From: Vitrella brassicaformis CCMP3155
Lineage: Eukaryota > Protista > Chromerida
Assembly: GCA_001179505.1 (NCBI GenBank)
Contig: CDMY01000765.1
Span: 1-23,029 of the forward strand
Length of the DNA: 23,029 nucleotides
Direction: 5' to 3'
Below the pieces are notes generated by a model. It was not told the DNA's origin, made no database searches, and was given only the letters and a program-made list of their open reading frames with translations. Shown here in pieces: positions 10,789 through 19,301 of this stretch. A program made the position numbers and the translations under genes. Position 1 is the stretch's first letter. Each line of letters opens with the position of its first letter.

Positions 10789-11896
10789 TCACTGCTGGCA
10801 CCCATTGTGGTTGTGGCTGTTCTTCTGCCGCCACGCGAGTGTCGTCTGCACCAGCTGCTTGAGCTGATCGGGAGGCAGCCGAGCCCGCTCAATCAGCTGC
10901 ATCAACCCGTCCTCCGTCATGCCATTCGACCACCCGCCCTCCTGCTGCTGCTGCTGCTGGTGGTGGTGGTGCTGCTGGTGGTGGTCTGTGTGCTGGTAGT
11001 CCATGTGTGTGTGTGCGACGCCGTTGGTGTGTATGTTGATGTTGGTCGGGGGCGGAGGAAAGCCCGGAGGGGGCGGCAGCATTCTGGCTGTGTACGGCAC
11101 TGGTGCGGGAGGGGGAGGGGGCGCGGGGTGGTGGGTCTGCTCTGCGAATGGCTGCACTGGCTGCTGCTGAGACTGGTGCTTGGAGGGGGCGGGGTAGCTG
11201 TCGCTGTGGTTGTGGTTGTGGGTGTGGGTGTGCATGGTGCTGTTGAGCATCTCTTGGTACTGGTCCTTGAGCTCGGCCAGCTGCTGGTCGCGCTGCGCCA
11301 GCTGCTTCGTCAGGCCCTGCACTTGCTGAAGCAAAGACAAAGGGGGAAATGTGAACGAATGGGGATGTGTGTGCGTGCGTGTGTGTGTGTGTCTGTGCGT
11401 CCACCGAACCCAACTCACCTCCTCGAGTTTGTTGTCTCTGTCGGCCTGCTCGCGTCGCATCTTGGCCAGCTCCTCCATGACCAGTGTGGCCCGGCTGTTC
11501 TCCTACACACACACACACACACACACACGTATACACAGATTGAGCCATCTCGCCTCTCCCTCTTGTCTTACCTCCTGTGAGTGCCATATGGCGTCGAATG
11601 CCTCGTTGGTCTTGGTGTCGTAGCTCTTCTCCAGCACCCGCAGGCGCTGCTCGGTGCGGTCCACACGGGCCATCACATCGTCCTGACGACGCTCCACCTC
11701 GTTGTGCCGGACGCACAGCTGCAAACACACAGGAAGGCAGACGCACACAAAGATAAGATGGTGTCCGAACGCTTTGTTGTGTTGTGCACACCCTACCGCT
11801 TTGAGGTCGTCTCTGAGTTCTTTGGCCTCTATCTCCATCTCACGCTGCCACTTGAGGCGCGCCTTAGAGAAGCTCTCCTCCTGCACATTGACACAC

Positions 11897-11927
<31 letters not shown>

Positions 11928-12826
11928 GGAATGGATGGGTAAATGGATGGATCGAGAGGTACACGCCCACTCACTCACCGCCTCGGCCACCCACCCCACC
12001 TGTGTCTTGGTGTTGGTCATGTCGGCCTGCATGGACGTCAGCTTATCGGTCAGCGCCCCCACCTCACGGCAACAACGGCGCAACTCATCCTCAAACTGAT
12101 CGAGCATTGATGATTTGAATGACCATTTCATGTCATGTCATGTCGGTAGGGCGTCGTCACCTCACCTCACCTTGTGCTGTTCCTTAGCGGTGTCGTGTAC
12201 GGAGCCCTTCAGGTCAATCATGTCAACGTCCATCTAAACACACACACACAGATAGAATGAGGGACGCCACACGCACAGCATACACAAATGCACTGCATGC
12301 AGCACCGTGCACGTCTTGCTTGCTCACACTTCGCTGTCGGCTGAGTGAGTCGCCCACGCGTATCTTGAAGAGGCGGAGCTCCTTGGCGAGCCGGTCGACG
12401 TCATGATCCAGCTTCATCAGCAACTTGGGCGACAGCTTCGCCACCTGACGACACATGCATCCACACACATGCATCATCGTCCAGCCACCCGTCTTGTCTT
12501 TTGCCACCCACCTCCGCCTCCTCTGACTCATCCATCCCGTCCTCCCCCTCCCCCTCAACACATGCACCAGCAGCAGGGCCCTCGCACAGGCGGTCCGCGC
12601 TCGACGAAGGCGTCCGCTCCTCACCAGCCCCCTCAACGCTGGCAGTTTCCCCATTGAGGGTCTCCTTAGTCTCATCCCCGTGGTGGGAGGCCTGCGATGC
12701 CGTCACGGTCAGTGACACGCTGTCCTCATCGACCGCGGTGGCACTGCCGACGGTGGGCGTCACAGTGGCGGCGCATCCGTCGGCACACAACTCCAACTTA
12801 TCGTCCATGGGAGCAGCCATGGCCAT
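10789..12826 (-). CDS. Uncharacterised coiled-coil protein with acidic N-terminus and Q/H/P-rich C-terminal region
   Basis: Exons 12826-12512, 12444-12328 (or 12358), 12233-12171, 12095-12000 (or 11979), 11880-11797, 11718-11572, 11502-11419, 11325-10789. About 480 aa, all introns phase 0. Heptad-like E/K/R/L/Q-rich segments include LEEQVQGLTKQLAQRDQQLAELKDQYQEML. The C-terminus is uncertain because a strong GTGAGT donor overlaps the stop codon. No family recognised. Confidence 0.75.
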
Positions 12827-12948
12827 CTTAATCAACGCGGAATGCACAGCAAACGATGCCAAGAAAAGTGCGAGCTCGGACGAATGGCGAGCTCAGAAAA
12901 TATCTGGTGCCATGGATCTGGTGGCGAGGCTCGAAGGCTCCTGAGCGA
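12827..12948. promoter_or_regulatory. Putative bidirectional promoter/5'UTRs between coiled-coil gene and TFIIIA-like gene
   Basis: 122 bp between the predicted divergent ATGs (12826 on -, 12949 on +). Inferred from geometry. Confidence 0.45.
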
Positions 12949-15124
12949 ATGACGGACAACCAACTCGAAGATGTCGCGTCAGGCGAGGAAGATGGTGAAG
13001 AAAAACACTGACACTGAGTCACCGACGGAGCACACACGAGATGGATGGATGGACAGATGCACAACACACACACACCACTCGATCGATGTTCTCACTCGCC
13101 CTGTTTGTGTGTGTCTTCTCCTCGTCAGATGCGGCTCCCTCCTCATGGAACCACACGCCGCCGACAACCTCCGGGCAGTCATCACCCAGTACCAAGACCG
13201 TCCGAGTCACAGCCATGGACGCATCGGCAGGGTCGTCGGGTGGCCCCTCACCAGCACCAGATCAGCCCGCAGAGAGTGGAGAGAGGGAGGGGGATCTGAG
13301 GGCACTTGTGATGAAGATGGCTGGCCCGCCGTTCGTCTGTCCGTATGACGGCTGCGGCAAGTCATTCGACAGGAGAGGCAAGCTGGAGAGGCACGTCGTC
13401 ATCCACTCTGACGCGGTCGGTCCGCACACAGCCACACACATTCACAGAGGTATTTCTTTGTGTGAGGGTGTGGTGTGTGGTGTGGTGGTGTGTGCAGCGT
13501 CCCCACGTGTGTGGCATATGCGGCGCGAGTTACAAGCGGAAGGACTACCTGGACCGGCACATCCTGACCCACTCGGCCGAGCGGGCCTTCAAGTGCCGTT
13601 ATGAGGGCTGCGACAAGACCTTCACTGATGCCGACTACCGACGCATCCACGAGAAGACACACGAAGCCAGACAACACTTCTGTGGTGAGATCGACATGGA
13701 GGGAGAGAGGGAGGGAGAGAGGAAGGGTCTTACGTGTGGTGTGCATGCTGTGTGTGTGCGTGTGCAGATGTGTGTGGCGAATCGTTTCGCCAGAAGAAGC
13801 AGCTGCGTCGGCACCAGATGCGGCACTATTACGCTGCGGAGGGTGTGGAGGGTCGTGGGGACAAGGGCTTCCGCTGCAGGCACGTCGGGTGCAACCAGCT
13901 CATACACACGTGGGAGGGGCTCATGAGGCACCTCAAAAGGCACCAACGTGAGGGACGGAGGGAGGGAGGGAGGATGACAGACAAAGGGAGGGACCGACCA
14001 GCGGCAGGCACAAGGGCCTGGCCATATCTCTGTGTGTGTGGGTGTGTGCTGTGTGCATTTCTAACTTTAGCTGCCAACATGCACGAGTGTGGTGTTGACG
14101 GCTGCGAAGCCAAGTTCGCCAAGTTCAGCCAGCTGGTCGCCCACCGGAAGGCCTGCCACCCCAAGCCACCCAAGCCACTCGCATGCACACTCTGCGGCAA
14201 GGTATGGTTGGTATGCACTACTACTACAACACTACAGCTACACTTCTCTATGGAACACGCACACACATACACATCATATGGCCTGGCCGGATGTGTGTGT
14301 TGTCCTGTGCCTCCCTCCCTTAATCAATCAGCGGTATGCGACCGAGAAAGGCCTGGAGAGCCACATGCAGACGGTCCATCCGGACGGCTCCAGCGAGCCC
14401 GAGAGGTTTTTGTGCCCTGTGCCGGGATGCGGCAAGACATACACAAGGGTCAGTGAGTCAGCCACCCCCACAGGCCTTCTGATCGGTCTCATGGATGGAT
14501 GGATGGATGGATCCTCTGTGTGCCCAGCGTTGGATGTTGTCTCAGCACCATCGTGTGGTGCATCTGGGCGAGCGGCCGTTCAAGTGCCCCTACTGCCCCG
14601 ACGCTTTTGGCTGGAAGCGCGTCTTGCAGAACCACATCGCCTCTTGCCACCCAGAACACGCTGAAGCACAGGATGACGACGACTCCACCAACCACGATCC
14701 TGACGACGACGCTGTGGGGGACGCCATGACAATGGACATGGAGGCAATCCAAGATGACGACCACCACGAGCAAGAGCCTAGTGCAGAAGCAGCCCCGCCC
14801 CCACCCCTCCCCCTTCCCCTTCCCCTCCCCGCCCCTCCCGAAGCCTTTACTGGTGCGCCTCCCGCCGCCCTCCCAATGGCTGCGTCTCTGCTGCATCTTC
14901 CGAAGAGCAAGGGCGGCCGTGGCAAGAGGGTGATTGACGCCCCGTGGCTGATCGACATGGAGATAGTGGGGATTGGCGACAAGAGGCGGAAGATCGACCG
15001 TCTGCTGCACTCGGGAGGGTCAAGGGCACCTGTGCGGAAGAGGAAACAAGGGGGCAGTGAGGCAGTGGATAATGTGGGTGTGGGTGTGGACGTGGAGGTG
15101 GAGGTGGGTGAGCCAGTTGGTTGA
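12949..15124 (+). CDS. GTF3A: Nine-finger C2H2 zinc-finger protein, probable transcription factor IIIA
   Basis: 7 exons: 12949-12994, 13129-13415, 13498-13684, 13768-13947, 14071-14201, 14332-14448, 14528-15124. These total 1545 nt (514 aa). Nine fingers: CPYDGC..HVVIH; CGIC..HILTH; CRYEGC..HEKTH; CDVC..HQMRH; CRHVGC..HLKRH; CGVDGC..HRKACH; CTLC..HMQTVH; CPVPGC..HHRVVH; CPYC..HIASCH. An acidic/basic tail follows (KGGRGKR, KRRK, RKRK). Confidence 0.75.
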
Positions 15125-15468
15125 TGTCAGGCAGTGTGTCTGATAGATGCGTGGATGGATGGATGTGACGTGATGGCTTCGAAGGAAGATGTTTTGAGTG
15201 TGCTCTGCTTTGTGGTGTGTTGCGTTGCGTCGCGGACGGACACAGAGGACATTCTTCTGTTCTTGACCGGCGATGAAGGCAGGCAGGCAACGTGATCATT
15301 GATATCCATCACATCAGTCAGGGCTGCACTGCAGGCCACACACACCACGCCCTCATGCTTTCCCTTCCCACATCCATCCATCCATCCATCGTCTGTCTTT
15401 GACACACAGTCAACTCAACCAACATATACACACACATTACATTCCTCCACCCACCCCAAGTTTCATTC

Positions 15469-15530
15469 AGGTAGATCTCTCCATCCGCCGCATGAAATGA
15501 GGTAGATCTCTCCATCCACCACATGGATGT
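15469..15530. repeat. 31-bp imperfect tandem duplication in the convergent intergenic region
   Basis: AGGTAGATCTCTCCATCC starts at 15469 and again at 15500. Each copy is followed by a similar CCRCATG segment. Confidence 0.8.
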
Positions 15531-15628
15531 CACACATCCCTGCCATGGCCATGCATCTCTTGCCTCCCTGATGTGATGCAGTCACTCACTTTGGCGGAGC
15601 TGTCACTTTGACTCACTGTGTCTGTCTG

Positions 15629-16973
15629 TCAGTCTTCTCTCCCTCCCTTGTACTGCTCGTCTCCGCCTGCCTCTGACCCCTCCCCCTCTCCCTCTCCCCC
15701 GACCCTGCCGTCCACCGTCTCTTGACCTCCTTGGTTGAGCTCTTTATCGTATAGCTTCTTCCACAGCTTCTTCTCCCTGTCTAGCACCTGCTGCCATTCG
15801 TCCACATCCAGCTGGCGCAGCTTCTGAATGGCCTGGTACAGCCGCTCCCATCTGGAGGGATCCTCGAACGGCACGTTGATCGCCATCAGCTCGATCTCGT
15901 ATATCAGCACCTGACACAGACAGACAGACAGGCAGACAATTCAACTTGCGAGTGTGAGTGGATGGGATGGATGCTGTTGGTGGTTTGGTTGCGGGTAGGT
16001 TTGCATGCATGTCGGTGTTGCTCGGTCGCTCACGCACGTCGGTGTACATGGTGGGGAAGGCCATGTCGGGGGGCACAATCACCTCACGAATGCCTGCAGG
16101 CACAGCACAGCCAAACAGACACACAGTGGATGGATGGTGTGCAGTAGACGGCAGGCAGCAAAGCACAGCGTCAATGCAATGCCCACCTCCTTCCCTCATG
16201 CCGCGAACCATGACGTCTATGGCAGGAATCACCAGACTGACCACACACCCACACACACCCACACACACACACAGACCCACATGTGTGCTGATATCAAGGA
16301 CCCAGGAGGACTCCATCCATCCATCGATCCATCCTTACCCCTCGCTGTCTCCGATAACGAATTTGACGGGTCTTCCCCTCTTGTAGGAGGTGTCGAAGCT
16401 CCTGCCGCTCTCCACGCGCCCGTGGTAGTTGACCCGCACCCGCATCCCCTCCTCCGCAACCCCACCGAACCCGATCAGCAGATCGCGCCACATCATCCCG
16501 CTGCAGTGCACTCATCCGTCCGTTCATCCAGTCCACGGCACACAGCATACATACAGCAGAGGGAGGGGATCAGTGGAGTGCATCCTGTGTGGTCGGCTCG
16601 CTCACTGTTCGTCCCGCTGGTAATCGGGCTTCTTCTTGAATTTCTTGTTGAGGAAGTCCTCCTTCTTGATCAACTCGCACATTGCCACTGGAGGCCGCCA
16701 CCAGGAACGCCCAGACAAGAACTGCCATCGGTCCATCAGCTCCCGCAGATCTGAGCCGCTGCGAAAACACCTTGGTCGACGGCATGCTGGGGGATGCTGT
16801 GAGCGCTGGTCTCCATGCCGCATCTGGCCTGCACCTGCATCTGCACAGGAGGCTCCATCGGCCTGGTTGGCGTCGGTTCGCGGAGATCTTGGTCGCTGTC
16901 TAACAATCCAGCCGCCTGCAACTGCTGCAACGGCGACGCTCGCCGCACCGACGACCCTCTGAGAGCTCTGCAT
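15629..16973 (-). CDS. FKBP-type peptidyl-prolyl isomerase-domain protein (divergent), with N-terminal hydrophobic segment and charged C-terminal helix
   Basis: 5 exons: 16973-16606, 16500-16339, 16236-16187, 16093-16038, 15910-15629. These total 918 nt (305 aa). FKBP core: GMMWRDLLIGFG...EGMRVRVNYHGRVESGRSFDTSYKRGRPVKFVIGDSEGLVIPAIDVMVRGMREGGIREVIVPPDMAF...VLIYEIEL. Confidence 0.85.
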
Positions 16974-17059
16974 GAGCTTTCTCACACTTTTCAATCGCAA
17001 GGCTTCGGGTTTCAGGGTTTGGGCGGGGAGGTCATGGGCCGGCGCAGGATGGTCTCGTA
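16974..17059. promoter_or_regulatory. Very short divergent spacer (putative bidirectional promoter) with telomere-like motif and uORF
   Basis: 86 bp between the predicted ATGs (16973 on -, 17060 on +). GGGTTTCAGGGTTTGGG lies at 17007-17023, and a uORF at 17034-17060. Confidence 0.4.
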
Positions 17060-17413
17060 ATGGGCAACAGAGTGCCGAGGACGAGCAGCCAGCAGGACTG
17101 GCCTGCCATCCGCAACCAGAGCCTTGACGTCATTCATCGAGAGGGGAGAGATAGCCTGCACAAGATCAAGGCGGTCGGCAACCTCAGGATCAGCGCCCGG
17201 TTCCTCTCGCGCGTCGACTTCGAGCCGGCTGTGCTCCGCCGCCGCCTCCGCCGCGCCCTGCACGACACCCAACTCGCCGACGGGACGCCGCTGGATGCCG
17301 TGGTGACATTCGACGTAGACAATCTCGGGAGCAAGCTGCTGCTGCAGGTATGGGTGCCTTGTACGCGTGGGATGGATGGATGGATGGATGGACGGACGGA
17401 CGGACGGACGGAC

Positions 17414-17447
<34 letters not shown>

Positions 17448-17499
17448 ACGGATGGACGGATGGACGGATGGATGGACGGATGGACGGATGGATGGATGG

Positions 17500-17531
<32 letters not shown>

Positions 17532-18585
17532 CAGGCGTGGTGGCTGGTGGAGGGCCAGAGATGGGACGAGGCGGCCGACGCACTGCGGCTGGCCCATCAG
17601 CTCACCTATTGTGAGCTGCCGGTCATCGTCACACAGCAAGATCTCGAGAAACACCGTAGCAAACAGGTGAGTGGGCTGATAGGGGAGGGGGACGGATGGG
17701 TGGCACTTATCTTTCTGTGTGTGCTGTGACGGATGTGTGACGTCAGGCGTATTTGGCTGAGCCGCGTGTGGTGGCGCTGTGGAAGATGCTCGGCCGCTAT
17801 GTCGACTTTGGTGGCGAGCGGGGCAGATTTGAGCTGTTCGACCACGGCAATGGCGACCTGCGGGCAATCACGGACGACCCCGAGTACCGCCTCGATCTGA
17901 CCCCCCTGCCCCCCACCCACGCCTACCACCCACACGCCAGCTCCCACAACCCCCCGTCAGACACCACATCGTCGGATACGACGACGGCTGCTACACTGAC
18001 ATTGATGACATGATCACCGAGCGTCTTTTTCCTCGTTCCTGATGAGCACCATGATGCTGCCCACCTACGGCGACATGCAGAATACCATGCACTTCATAGA
18101 CCGGTCGGGCAGTCGGGACGGCGCACGACATTCCCTGTCCTCATTGATGCTTCATTGGGTTGGCTGTGTGTGTCTGCAGTGATGCCCGTGGTGCCGTGTT
18201 GGCGGGCCTGCTCGATCGGTCGGTCCACCAGTCGGTTGAGGGCGCCACGGCCGCCATGGCGTGGACCTTTGCCAACGACACACCATGCAAGTTCAAGCAC
18301 TTGCTACTGACGCCGTTCGACCACCCCTTCATCGCATACATCGCCATCGACGACTCGGGGGATGGACAGGGCAAGCTACAGACGACAGAGGGTCACTCAG
18401 ACAGACAGCCCATTCCGCTGTGCTGTGTGTCTGCAGTGTCTGTGAGGGTGTTCACGACCGAGCAGCCAGCAGCGGGTGTGTCTGCTGATGCGCCCTTCAA
18501 GGACCGCTTCCCCCGCACCACCGCCCTGGCGCGCCCCGTCCTGGGACCGATCGCACCCATTGTGTTCGACGGCGAGGCGGCGTAG
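17060..18585 (+). CDS. Uncharacterised lineage-specific family protein; frame interrupted at about 17950-18021 or containing an atypically long intron
   Basis: Exons 17060-17347, 17535-17666 and 17747-17955 are clean, and that frame reads on to TGA at 18011-18013. Downstream exons are 18180-18370 and 18437-18585 (…[68 protein letters not shown]). A GT-AG intron at 17956-18179 would join the two parts in frame. The resemblance of the C-terminus to an expanded Vitrella family is from memory and is unverified. Confidence 0.6.
17370..17501 (+). repeat. (GGAT/GGAC)n tetranucleotide array, about 33 units, intronic
   Basis: 132 bp of mixed GGAT and GGAC units inside intron 17348-17534, followed by a (GT)n tract up to the acceptor. 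Confidence 0.95.
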
Positions 18586-19301
18586 CTCGTGTTGGAGTAG
18601 AGGGAGGGGGGTAGACAAACAAGAGGGAACGAGATGAGAGAGGCATGAGGGACACCACATCTCACACACGGGGCGAGACGTGTGTGTGGATGGATGGCCT
18701 GTGTGTACGTGGTGAATGGCCATCCCTTCTGTGAGTGACTCCTGACTGTACAGATCCATGCGTGTGAGCATCAAACGTTATGATGAAATCACGTCTGTTG
18801 TCTTGTTTCATTATCGCGCACACGAGACTGTCCGTCTGCTGCACACTGCCCTTTCTGCACAGAGAATACTACACATGAGTACGACCACAGACGCCCCATC
18901 GGGAGTGTACGTCTAGACAATCAGCAGCGCCCCATATCACCCACTCCAGCAAGCTAAGCAGCGTGGCACTCGCCTCCACCGACAGCTCTTAAAGACATAT
19001 ATATCGACACACACATCCATCAAGCACTCTGTCTGTCCGTAGGCTACACATCTCAGTCAGTCAGTCAGTCAGCCCGCCCTGTGGATTCCATCGATGCAAA
19101 CACACACTCCATCCATCAATCCACCCATGCCCGAGCCAGTACGTGTGGACGTGACAGATAGGAAAGACACGCACGACAGCCGGACGAGCATCCAGCCATG
19201 AAGATGGCAATCCCTCCCCCCTGTCCATCCACATGCTGTGTGTATAAGAACGGTGGATGGGCTATCTGTCCTTTCTGTCTGGTTGCCCCTCACCCCCTCA
19301 T

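Noticed and set aside
10612-11791. Long ORFs of 322 aa (+, 10612-11580) and 300 aa (-, 10889-11791)
   Set aside because: These are antisense or alternative-frame shadows of the Q/H/P-rich last exon of the coiled-coil gene, and they run through microsatellite introns.
5345-16009. TGCATGCA octamers (5345-5352, 16002-16009) resembling an ApiAP2 binding motif
   Set aside because: Both are intronic. The one at 5345 is part of the common CATGCAG acceptor context. Neither lies in a promoter spacer.
17370-17501. Possible CRISPR-like or coding repeat array
   Set aside because: It is a simple 4-nt repeat with no spacers, inside a GT-AG intron of a eukaryotic gene.
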